Origin: Nemertoderma westbladi
Taxonomy: Eukaryota > Animalia > Xenacoelomorpha
Length of the DNA stretch: 44,607 nucleotides
Assembly: GCA_032718475.1 (NCBI GenBank)
Contig: JAUCBJ010005452.1
Span: 1 to 44,607, forward strand
Direction: 5' to 3'
The position numbers were made by a program, and so were the translations under genes. Below the pieces are notes generated by a model. That model was not told the DNA's origin. It saw only the letters and a program-made list of their open reading frames with translations, and did not search any database. How positions within the stretch are numbered: the first letter of the stretch is position 1; the number at the start of each line of letters is the position of its first letter. Positions 35,669 to 44,607 of this stretch are shown here, one piece after another.

Positions 35669-36440
35669 AGACCCAGGCTGAAATCGACCCAGGGCTAAGG
35701 ATAATTCAAGTAGACCCAGGCTGAAGTCGACCCAGGACTAAGGATAATAATTCAAGTAGACCCAGGCTGAAGTCGACCCAGGACTAAGGATAATTCAAGT
35801 AGACCCAAGCTAAAGTCGACCCAGGACTAAGGATAATTCGAGTAGACCCAGGGTGAAGTCGACCCAGGACTAAGGATAATTCGAGTAGACCCAGGCTGAA
35901 GTCGACCCAGGACTAAGGATAATTCGAGTAGACCTAGGCTGAAGTCGACCCAGGGCTAAGGATAATTCGAGTAGACCCAGGCTGAAGTCGACCCAGGACT
36001 AAGGATAATTCGAGTAGACCCAGGCTGAAGTCGACCCAGGACTAAGGATAATTCGAGTAGACCCAGGCTGAAGTCGACCCAGGGCTAAGGATAATTCGAG
36101 TAGACCCAGGCTGAAGTCGACCCAGGACTAAGGATAATTCGAGTAGACCCAGGCTGAAGTCGACCCAGGACTAAGGATAATTCGAGTAGACCCAGGCTGA
36201 AGTCGACCCAGGACTAAGGATAATTCGAGTAGACCCAGGCTGAAGTCGACCCAGGACTAAGGATAATTCGAGTAGACCCAGGCTGAAGTCGACCCAGGAC
36301 TAAGGATAATTCGAGTAGACCCAGGCTGAAGTCGACCCAGGACTAAGGATAATTCGAGTAGACCCAGGCTGAAGTCGACCCAGGATTAAGGATAATTCGA
36401 GTAGACCCAGGCTGAAGTCGACCCAGGACTAAGGATAATT
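35669..36440. repeat. 18 x 43-bp minisatellite in the 3' UTR of element D
   Basis: Unit AGACCCAGGCTGAAGTCGACCCAGGACTAAGGATAATTCGAGT; near-identical copies with no unique spacers. Confidence 0.97.
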
Positions 36441-36741
36441 AAGCGTTGGAGGCGGCGTGAATCTAAAGGAGTTGATTGTCGTTCGTCCATGCGTAGTTCG
36501 GCGTATCTCCTTTAAGTTGACTAGTGTAGAGTAGAATGAGATATAATTTGATGTAATAACTTTGGAAATAAACAAAGAAATAATTATTATTACATTTCCA
36601 TAATAAATTCATATCATCCCAGTCGTTGTCACTCGGTGATACTAATATCCACATTACATTATTACAGTTCTAAAATCCATTTAGTGGAGAGGTCCAATGC
36701 CATACATATTCGTCATTATACATAACATACGTATTATTACA

Positions 36742-36815
36742 TATATTACTTTATTCGCCAGCGTATTATATTACTTTATTCGCCAGCGTATTATATTACT
36801 TTATTCGCCAGCGTA
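36742..36815. repeat. 25-bp tandem repeat, 3 units
   Basis: TATATTACTTTATTCGCCAGCGTAT. Confidence 0.92.
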
Positions 36816-36917
36816 GAGTATCATTAATAAAGTCACTAAATATAAGTTAGTCTTCTTTAATTCCGGAGTTGCCAGTACATATAAATTATTCTAGATCTAT
36901 TCGAACGAAACCTTCTA

Positions 36918-37108
36918 CTTCTAGGGTTGATGCTACATAAATCCATTAATTACATAATAACGCAGAGTTTAATTAATTACTTCAATACTTCAAGGGTTGA
37001 TAGTACACAACTTCCATTACGTACATAATAAGGCAGAGTTTAATTAATTACTTCAAGGGTTGATGGTACAAAACTTCCATTACGTACATAATAAGGCAGA
37101 GTTTAATT
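36918..37108. repeat. ~63-bp tandem repeat, 3 units, directly after the pol stop of D
   Basis: CTTCAAGGGTTGAT..ACATAATAAGGCAGAGTTTAATTAATTA at 36918, 36988 and 37051. Confidence 0.9.
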
Positions 37109-37119
37109 GAATTATCATA

Positions 37120-40100
37120 CTATTGAATTGCGTTCATATTATTATCGTGAGCAATGTCAGACGAATCTGCTGAGTCCTCATTTGCTCGTTTTGCGTCAGT
37201 TTCTTCCTCTGTAATTGTCGCCTCGAGCAAGCATAGCTTTGTGACATGTCTAGAGTAGATTGTGCCGCCACACCTAACTTGTGCTGATCTAACACAACCG
37301 TCGGATCCTAGATTTACAGAGTCTATCACCCCGGTGATCCACGTTCGTCTATTCTTTGTGTCTGTCATTTGAAGTACAAGGTCGCCTGGTTGTAGGTTTC
37401 TTTTCTTAGTGAACCACTTTTGTCTTTCTCGCAACAGCGGTAAGTATTCTAGAAGCCATCTATCCCAGAATATTTCAGTCAATGCCTGTGCCTGCTTCCA
37501 GGTCTTTCGACAATATATATCACCCTCCTCATATACCCCAGGGCAAGGTGAAACTATCTTACGTAATAACAAGTCGTTTGGTGTCAGTACCTGGTCGGCA
37601 GTCGGATCATCTGTTACTTTACAGAGCGGTCTTGAGTTCATAATTCTTGCTGCCTCAGCGAGTGCTGTTCTCACTACGCCTTCGGTGACTAGCTTGTTTC
37701 CTAGGGCAACACGTAAAGCATCCTTAGCAGGCCGATTCAATCGTTCCCAAACTCCAGATGTGTGAGGTGCATAAGGTACTTGGAACTCGAATTTCGTTTG
37801 AGGGCCTAAGTTGTGTTGAATTCGTGAAACGTCCCAGTGGTCGATTGCGTCAGATAATTCGGTTTCGGCTCCGACGAAATTTGTTCCATTGTCGGATCTG
37901 AGTAGTTTTACATTTCCATATTGGCAGACAAATCTACGGAAGCAGTTTATGAATGTGCTTGCAGATAGATCTTCCGCTAAGTCTAGTGCAACGGCTCGAG
38001 AGACTAGGCAAGTAAAAATTACGCCCCACATCTTCACAGATCTTCTGCCCTGTTGTACAAGCATAAATCCCCAATAATCAACACCAGTGTAGGTAAAGCA
38101 GGGTTCAAATGCTGTAATGCGATCGATGGGTAGAGGTGCCATTATTTGGTTAAGTGGAGTTGGGTTGCGAACTTTGCAGGGTACACATCTGGATACAATA
38201 CGTTTTACCAAAGAAGGTCCCCCCACAATCCAATAAATTTGTCTTACTATCGCCAAAGTATGATCTCTGCCTGTGTGCATGTTCTCTGAATGTGTATACC
38301 TCACTATCAACCTGGTCACTGGGCAACTGGAGGATAGGATTATGGGTTGTGCCATATCAGGGTTTGTTGGTGTCTTCACCAATCGGCTGTTCATACGTAT
38401 TACGCCATCCTCTCCTAGAAAAGGACATAACTTAAATATGTTGCTGTTTCTGTGTATGGGTTTGTTCACTTTCAAACTTGCTAGTTCAGTTGGATATGTC
38501 TTTTGTTGTGAATATTTCAATACAAGGACACGTGCATCCTGCACCTCGGCTAATGTTAGAGGATACTGTGATTTTGGTGCTGGTTTTGGCAGAGAGTTTA
38601 ACACATCGCGTTTCACAACCTGTATCGTTTGTTTTTTCTTGGGTTTGTTCACAGGCTTCACTGTTCCTTCTTTATCATTGACTGACTTTGCATTAGAACA
38701 TAATGATTTCGGTAGTACCTTAATCTTCTTCTTTGGTATTAACCTTTGCTTAAGACTACGTCTTAAGCGAAATGAGCGAATATACCACATTTTAAAACGC
38801 ACCAACCAAGCAACAGTTCTAATCAAAGGAATCCAATCTCCATAATATGAAAGCAGCTTGTCTAGTAACAGATTTGTGGTATTTGTAGGTGTTTCGATTG
38901 TTATCATCACATCAATTGAATGTAATTGTGCATAGTCTATCGAACTAGTAGGGATAGGTTCTACATCGTCTCGTGGGCCCATGTCATTAACTTTGCGTTT
39001 AGATTTTATTTCAGCAGTAGGATCCAAGTCCTTACCAGTATATTGCTGAGTAGCATTTGGCCATTCTAGTTCATCAGTTTGTAAGAATTGGGGTCCTTTT
39101 GACCATAGGTCAAACTTATCAATGAAGTCTAGTGGGAACGCCCCACGACTGGCCATGTCAGCTACATTGTCTATTCCCTTCACATGATGCCATTGATTTG
39201 GATTAGTACTCTCGACGATTTCACCGACTCTATTAATTATGTAGGTTGGATACCTTTTATCCTGGTTTGCTATGTATTGTAACGACGTTCTGGAATCACT
39301 CCAAAAATGTGTCGCATTTATAAATAGTTCTACTTCATCATGTATTATGATTGACATTCTAGTGGCAAGAACACAAGATTGCAACTCCTTTCGGGGTATA
39401 GAAACAAACTTCTTTCGCGCAGTTCTGGTTTTTGCCAGTACAAATGCTGTCGATACTTCATATTGCGGTTGTTTGCAACTTTCATTGATAATGGTATTTG
39501 GTGTTTCTTCTGTCAAAGCTCTCCTAAGTTGACGCAGGTATGCAACAGCTCCTAATCCAGTCTCACAGGCATCACAAAATATATGGAGTTCTATGCGATC
39601 TGAACTCAAGCGATTCGAAAAATAAGCACGGGGTAATGAGAGTTCGTTCAAACAGTCCAACTGGCGACTCCATTCGTTCCAACGTGTAAGAAACTCAACA
39701 TCCAATTGGGTATCCCAGCTAGGGGTTGATATGGACAACTCCCGCATAAATCTCTTGCCGATAAGTAATACAGGAGCAACTAATCCTAATTTGTCATAAA
39801 TAGATGCCAAACTAGATAAACAATTCCGTTTTGTAGTTGGAAACTTTCTTGGGCTGACTTTAATACTGAAGGTATCTGCCTCCGTGTCCCACTTAACACC
39901 TAATGCCCGGGTTGTAGGGAGTTTGTCGAGGTCAAGGTCTAGGTTTGGGTCAGCTCTCTTCGTTTGTGGAAGCTTATCAAGAAGTTCCCGCGAATTGCTT
40001 TTAAATTTTGTTAGATTAAAACCACCTTTCTTCAAGCATTCGATTAAACCAGTTGCGATCTCATAAGCTTCATTAACTGATCCAGTCGATTTCATCCCAT

Positions 40101-43100
40101 CATCGACATAAAAACCACTAAGTATAGTCTTTATTACTTGTGGGGAGAAGTCTTGAATATTATCTTTCGCGGTCTTTCGCACCATTGAGCAGGCGGAACA
40201 TGGGGATGAACGTGCTCCAAATATCTGAACAACCATTTTGTATACATCAGGATCGCGTTTCTTTGAATCCTTGTCATACCATAAGAATCTTAGGCTATTA
40301 GAATCTTCTTCAGTCGTGTTTACTTGATAGTACATACATTCAATGTCACAGGAAAATGCAATTTTATCCTGCCTAAATCTCATCAGTACGCCTAATAGGT
40401 CGTTGGTAGCATTTGGTCCTTCCAGAAGTTGTGAGTTCAAAGACATTCCTTTGTATGTTGCAGCTGCATCGAACACAATTCGAATCTTATCTTTATTTGG
40501 ATTTACTACATAGTGATGAGGGAGATAATATGCATTATGATCATCTGCAAGCTCCTCAGTCTCTAACTTTCTAGCATAACCTTTTGCTATATAATCCTCC
40601 AAAATTTCTCTGTACTCGTTCTCTCTTCCTGGGTTTGTGGCAAATCTTTTTGTCAGACTTTTCAATCTTGCAATAGCGAGTGGTTTGTTATTTATTAACT
40701 GTCGGTCTTCATGTTTGAATAACAGTGGTACCTGGTAATGCCCAGTTGGCAAAAGTACGGCCTTCTCTAGGAGATTTATAGCTCTCTTATCACTTTCAGT
40801 TTTGTACACCTTACCTTCAGGTGTTGTAAAGCCTTGTCCCTCTTGGCTCCAAAAGTGTGCCAACTGTGTGTAAAGATCATTATCAGGATCGGTACTTATC
40901 GGATAATTTATTGGATCGTATATTGGTTTGTTCAATGTTTCTATTAGTGAAGGGTTGTCCATCACTTCCCCCACACAGGCTTGCATGGACTCCTCTATAT
41001 AGCAAAGTCTAGGACCAGTCACACACCATCCAAATATGCCTTCTATCGCAAAGGGTTGTTTATTCACATCACTCCCCCAGCACTGTGCAGTCCGTATGTG
41101 TGCTGCTGGTACATTGCTTCCCAAAATCACAGAAATCTTATGAACATCGACAGGTGGGTAGTCTAATTTATCTCTAATGTTATAAAAATGGGGCCAATCA
41201 ATCATCCTTGAGTCAGGTAATTGTGTGTCAAAATGCATGCTTTCGTGAACATTCATATTGTTCATAACTAGTTCTCCATGATATCCCGGTAGCATAGCGC
41301 TTATTGTACACTGAGTTCTAGCTATTTCGACAAGAACACCATTTTCTAATAATGTATTTACTTTTATGAACCTTTTTTCTGATGGAAGGTTCATCAAATC
41401 CACTACTCCTTTATCCAAGAAACAGGTGGTAGATCCTCCATCCAGTATGGCGAAGGTAGTGATAGGAATTCTATCCATAAACTTAATCAGTACAGGAATA
41501 ACTGGTACCATAGCTCCCTCCAGATATTCTGTATTTACAAGAAGACCAATTTCACCTTCCCGTGGCTTAGGATGCATTGATTGATGAGCTGGTGTACTGC
41601 TCAGTGGGTGGAGTAGAGTATGGTGGTTTATACCACATTTTGTGCATGTTGCTTTCGACTGACATTTTTCTGTGAGGTGCATTCCTAGACAATTAGTGCA
41701 CCAATTGTTGCTTTCAACATGTTTCTGCCTTTCCCCTAGGTTCAGTTTCATGAAGGATCCACATGAATATATTCGGTGACCAATTCCACCACAGTAAATG
41801 CACTTGTATGCTGCCTCCTTGAAAGGTCTGACTATAGATGGACCTGTTGGATTTGTATGATTCTTATTGGGTTGTTGCTGTTTATTTGGGTTTAATACAG
41901 GTTTACGATAGGTTTGTTGTAGTTGCATTGGAGATTGAAATCGTGCCGTCAGTGGCTGATAGTCTGGATTTGATAAAGGTGGTGGTGCAACATGATGCAA
42001 AGGATATGGTCCATTTTCTGACATATGGGTGTAGCCTTGATTTGCTCCATAGTATTGTTGATTGGTATTTCCGTAATGGGTATCAGTGAGTAACATGGTT
42101 GCACGGGGATGTTGTGGAAATCCCAGCCTCCCTGGCAAATTCTCAAAGGAATTGTGTTGTGATCCATCATTTGGTGGACGAAATGTTGTTTTATTATTGC
42201 CTCCCCGATCCTTGTTCTGGCCCTTGCCATATCCTTGAGATGATGATGTGGAATCTTCGATAGCCTTTCTATTGACTTTAAATACTGAGTTACAGGACAC
42301 TCCTGCTGACCATTCAATATGCTGTACTACATCATTGAAAGTTGGTTGTCTATTATGGATCATTTTTAATTCATGAACACGTTTTTGCCATTTATACTGC
42401 ACATGAGTGGGGCAGACACTTATTATTCTTTTCATATGCTCTACACTATTCATTTCATTAGACCGTCCCATTTGTTCCAATAACTGTGTTGCTTGCATGA
42501 GGTTATCAGCCAATTCTCTCAATCCAATGATATCATTATCACCCAGGCGAGAGATATCAACGAGTTGGGATATTGTCTTATCAACTATTTGTAATGAATT
42601 TCCATAACGGTCATTTAGTATTTCCAAGGCTTTAGCATATCCAGACTGCAGCCCTTTCACCTTCCGTATAGCAGTATGTGGTGTTCCACGGGTATATTGT
42701 AACAGGTAATTAAGTCTTTCAGAGTCTGTAATGTCATGGACATGAACTCTGTCATAAAAGGTTTGAATGAAGCTGACAAACTCAATAGGATTACCAGTGA
42801 ATGGTTCTGGAATTTGTGGTGGCAATGTTAAACGCATAACAACATTTTTCCAAACTGATTCTGTAGTTGTTGACTGTCCTACATTATTTGTAACTGCGCC
42901 AGTGCCAAGGATTGAATTAGAGTTCGAATCGTTGTGTGTACCCAGAATCTGAGCTAGAATAGTATCAGCCTTAGAAATTAGCCGACCTCTTACCCTACTG
43001 TCACATATTTCATTGTTTCTGGAACTTGAATTTTCAGGTTCGTCAGGCATATCTGTATCCACCTCATGTTCTCTTACTTTGGTTATCTTTCTAGGACTGG

Positions 43101-44607
43101 AAATAATTACTTTGTTGTAATTTCTGTCTTGTTCTCCACTCGCTTTCCTACCATGAGATTCTGTTTGTGTTGCCATGGTAACTGACTGCTTGTGATCATC
43201 GGGTTCGAACATATTCTGTGGTTGTTGTTGTTCCGGAGAGTAAACGTTTGTGACCTGTCTTTGTGAATTGCAACTAATATATATAGGTTCTGGCTCAGAC
43301 AGCACTGGGCTGACGATGGCTGCAGGATTAAGCACAGTTGATAATTCTGTAGTCTGCTTTGCAGGTACATAAATGGGAGTAGGCACTAAAGGGGGTTTTA
43401 CCAAGGAATGCTCCTGAGTTGCTCTTATGCCATTGCTCCCGTATGGTCGAGGTAGGAATGGTGGTTGGATACGAGATTTAAACACTGGTACAGGGTGTGG
43501 AATGGCTATTGGATTTGGGCCAGCTTGCAAATGATATGGGGTGCCACGTGGGTTGTAGTGTACTGCTGCAAGAGGCCCTCCTTGCAAGCATGCAGCACAT
43601 TCCTGGTCATTGCCATCTTGTTTCTCTTCAATAATTGTGTCAAGTTCGGCTGCCCTTCCAGTTACTGGTCGTTTAATTGGGTTCAATGACCTTGCTGTAG
43701 ATGCAATAAAGTTTGAATGCTTTACAGGAGTATCAACATATTCAAAACAGTTATGCTGTGGTGCATCTGAGTAGGATGTATGGTACCGTGCCACTCTCAT
43801 CGATTTCACTTTTAGGCCAGGTGTCGACTGCGTGTGGCCCAAAGACACTGACCCACCTTTCGCTTGAATGTGTAATCTCGGCTCTAAGTTATCCATTTTG
43901 GGCTGTTCAAGCTCATGCTCAGTCAATTTTATAGAGTGATCTTTGGAATTTCCTACAGTATCGGGGAATGTACTGACATTCCCAGAGTGAGGTGCAGTTC
44001 GGTTTACTGCAGTGGCTTTATTTTGGCAATTATGAACATCGATAGACACCGAAGCATCATTATCAAGCTGAACTGATTCATTTTCATTAACATTAGATGG
44101 CTGATATTTTGAAATTTTATCTAAAACATTAGGATCATTTTTGGGTTGATAACTAGGGCTAATGTAACTAGTACCTGCTACACCATTATCCACTAACATA
44201 AATTTCGGTACATTACTTTTTCCACTGGCTGCATTACACACTTCAACAGTCGCACGAACAGGTGTACCAACTCCACTTCCACCCATACGTCCATTTGGTA
44301 CTTCAGCACTCCGCTCCATTTGCACTCTACTAACACTAACACTACTAACAGGTACCGGTATCACATTAATGTTGTCACTAATAGAAATACTTGCATTGGC
44401 ACATGGAACATCAGGGTCTATCGATATTCGCGAATTTTTTGTTTCCTGAATTTTTTCCCCAGATTTATTTTGGGCGAAATCCCTTAATGCAGCATCCCGT
44501 TCCAATAATTTTAATCTGGCCCTGGCTAATTTTGCATTGTCATTAGCTTCCTGTAACTTTACTTTCACCTTTAATGCTCGCTCTTGATGCTCATGCTCAG
44601 CGCGGTG
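37120..44607 (-). CDS. Intact Bel/Pao gag-pol polyprotein of element D (more than 2482 aa, 5'-open at the window edge)
   Basis: Frame stays open to 44607. Gag CIYCGGIGHRIYSC / CTNCLGMHLTEKC / CTKCGINHHTLLH; PR ILDGGS; RT YYLPHH..RIVFDAAA..FYVDD; RNaseH FCDAC, SIPRKELQS, NVADMASRG; IN HSENMH..CVPC, GVDYWG, SDNGTNF, GVWERL. Confidence 0.97.
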   Translation of the reverse strand, partial: HRAEHEHQERALKVKVKLQEANDNAKLARARLKLLERDAALRDFAQNKSGEKIQETKNSRISIDPDVPCANASISISDNINVIPVPVSSVSVSRVQMERSAEVPNGRMGGSGVGTPVRATVEVCNAASGKSNVPKFMLVDNGVAGTSYISPSYQPKNDPNVLDKISKYQPSNVNENESVQLDNDASVSIDVHNCQNKATAVNRTAPHSGNVSTFPDTVGNSKDHSIKLTEHELEQPKMDNLEPRLHIQAKGGSVSLGHTQSTPGLKVKSMRVARYHTSYSDAPQHNCFEYVDTPVKHSNFIASTARSLNPIKRPVTGRAAELDTIIEEKQDGNDQECAACLQGGPLAAVHYNPRGTPYHLQAGPNPIAIPHPVPVFKSRIQPPFLPRPYGSNGIRATQEHSLVKPPLVPTPIYVPAKQTTELSTVLNPAAIVSPVLSEPEPIYISCNSQRQVTNVYSPEQQQPQNMFEPDDHKQSVTMATQTESHGRKASGEQDRNYNKVIISSPRKITKVREHEVDTDMPDEPENSSSRNNEICDSRVRGRLISKADTILAQILGTHNDSNSNSILGTGAVTNNVGQSTTTESVWKNVVMRLTLPPQIPEPFTGNPIEFVSFIQTFYDRVHVHDITDSERLNYLLQYTRGTPHTAIRKVKGLQSGYAKALEILNDRYGNSLQIVDKTISQLVDISRLGDNDIIGLRELADNLMQATQLLEQMGRSNEMNSVEHMKRIISVCPTHVQYKWQKRVHELKMIHNRQPTFNDVVQHIEWSAGVSCNSVFKVNRKAIEDSTSSSQGYGKGQNKDRGGNNKTTFRPPNDGSQHNSFENLPGRLGFPQHPRATMLLTDTHYGNTNQQYYGANQGYTHMSENGPYPLHHVAPPPLSNPDYQPLTARFQSPMQLQQTYRKPVLNPNKQQQPNKNHTNPTGPSIVRPFKEAAYKCIYCGGIGHRIYSCGSFMKLNLGERQKHVESNNWCTNCLGMHLTEKCQSKATCTKCGINHHTLLHPLSSTPAHQSMHPKPREGEIGLLVNTEYLEGAMVPVIPVLIKFMDRIPITTFAILDGGSTTCFLDKGVVDLMNLPSEKRFIKVNTLLENGVLVEIARTQCTISAMLPGYHGELVMNNMNVHESMHFDTQLPDSRMIDWPHFYNIRDKLDYPPVDVHKISVILGSNVPAAHIRTAQCWGSDVNKQPFAIEGIFGWCVTGPRLCYIEESMQACVGEVMDNPSLIETLNKPIYDPINYPISTDPDNDLYTQLAHFWSQEGQGFTTPEGKVYKTESDKRAINLLEKAVLLPTGHYQVPLLFKHEDRQLINNKPLAIARLKSLTKRFATNPGRENEYREILEDYIAKGYARKLETEELADDHNAYYLPHHYVVNPNKDKIRIVFDAAATYKGMSLNSQLLEGPNATNDLLGVLMRFRQDKIAFSCDIECMYYQVNTTEEDSNSLRFLWYDKDSKKRDPDVYKMVVQIFGARSSPCSACSMVRKTAKDNIQDFSPQVIKTILSGFYVDDGMKSTGSVNEAYEIATGLIECLKKGGFNLTKFKSNSRELLDKLPQTKRADPNLDLDLDKLPTTRALGVKWDTEADTFSIKVSPRKFPTTKRNCLSSLASIYDKLGLVAPVLLIGKRFMRELSISTPSWDTQLDVEFLTRWNEWSRQLDCLNELSLPRAYFSNRLSSDRIELHIFCDACETGLGAVAYLRQLRRALTEETPNTIINESCKQPQYEVSTAFVLAKTRTARKKFVSIPRKELQSCVLATRMSIIIHDEVELFINATHFWSDSRTSLQYIANQDKRYPTYIINRVGEIVESTNPNQWHHVKGIDNVADMASRGAFPLDFIDKFDLWSKGPQFLQTDELEWPNATQQYTGKDLDPTAEIKSKRKVNDMGPRDDVEPIPTSSIDYAQLHSIDVMITIETPTNTTNLLLDKLLSYYGDWIPLIRTVAWLVRFKMWYIRSFRLRRSLKQRLIPKKKIKVLPKSLCSNAKSVNDKEGTVKPVNKPKKKQTIQVVKRDVLNSLPKPAPKSQYPLTLAEVQDARVLVLKYSQQKTYPTELASLKVNKPIHRNSNIFKLCPFLGEDGVIRMNSRLVKTPTNPDMAQPIILSSSCPVTRLIVRYTHSENMHTGRDHTLAIVRQIYWIVGGPSLVKRIVSRCVPCKVRNPTPLNQIMAPLPIDRITAFEPCFTYTGVDYWGFMLVQQGRRSVKMWGVIFTCLVSRAVALDLAEDLSASTFINCFRRFVCQYGNVKLLRSDNGTNFVGAETELSDAIDHWDVSRIQHNLGPQTKFEFQVPYAPHTSGVWERLNRPAKDALRVALGNKLVTEGVVRTALAEAARIMNSRPLCKVTDDPTADQVLTPNDLLLRKIVSPCPGVYEEGDIYCRKTWKQAQALTEIFWDRWLLEYLPLLRERQKWFTKKRNLQPGDLVLQMTDTKNRRTWITGVIDSVNLGSDGCVRSAQVRCGGTIYSRHVTKLCLLEATITEEETDAKRANEDSADSSDIAHDNNMNAIQ

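Larger units (their letters stand above)
34157..44607 (-). mobile_element. Bel/Pao LTR retrotransposon, element D (coding-intact; 5' end outside window)
   Basis: Single uninterrupted polyprotein, 2.1-kb 3' UTR and putative 3' LTR. Confidence 0.88.

Noticed and set aside
35669-36440. CRISPR array
   Set aside because: Units are contiguous and near-identical with no unique spacers; no cas genes; eukaryotic retroelement context.
37409-43934. Numerous plus-strand ORFs overlapping element D
   Set aside because: Short antisense ORFs with no motifs, expected opposite a long coding frame.

Overview
Eukaryotic (probably invertebrate) repeat-dense DNA with no recognisable host gene. It is a nest of at least five Bel/Pao (Belpaoviridae-type) LTR retrotransposon copies. 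Element A (minus, about 1-12800) is decayed but nearly complete: gag-PR-RT-RNaseH-IN, then an extra ORF between pol and the PPT/3' LTR that, read through two in-frame TGA codons, encodes a WRN/EXD/Mut-7-like DEDDy 3'-5' exonuclease plus CCHC zinc knuckles. An orphan RT fragment (E) is fused in frame behind the integrase of element B. Element B (minus, about 13456-34156) has a very long 5' leader carrying a recent 1.9-kb tandem duplication, and its 5' LTR appears split by element C. Element C (plus, 28678 to about 33600) is a truncated gag-PR copy whose primer-binding position is not tRNA-like but is the exact complement of an 11-nt motif near the start of its own LTR, suggesting Tf1-like self-priming. 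Element D (minus, about 34157 to beyond 44607) has an intact polyprotein of more than 2480 aa and a 3' UTR full of tandem arrays, including 18 x 43 bp. Two non-autonomous piggyBac-type CCCTATT...AATAGGG elements (TTAA and ATAA TSDs) are also inserted. All calls come from reading motifs by eye; no searches were run, and LTR boundaries for B and D are inferred.
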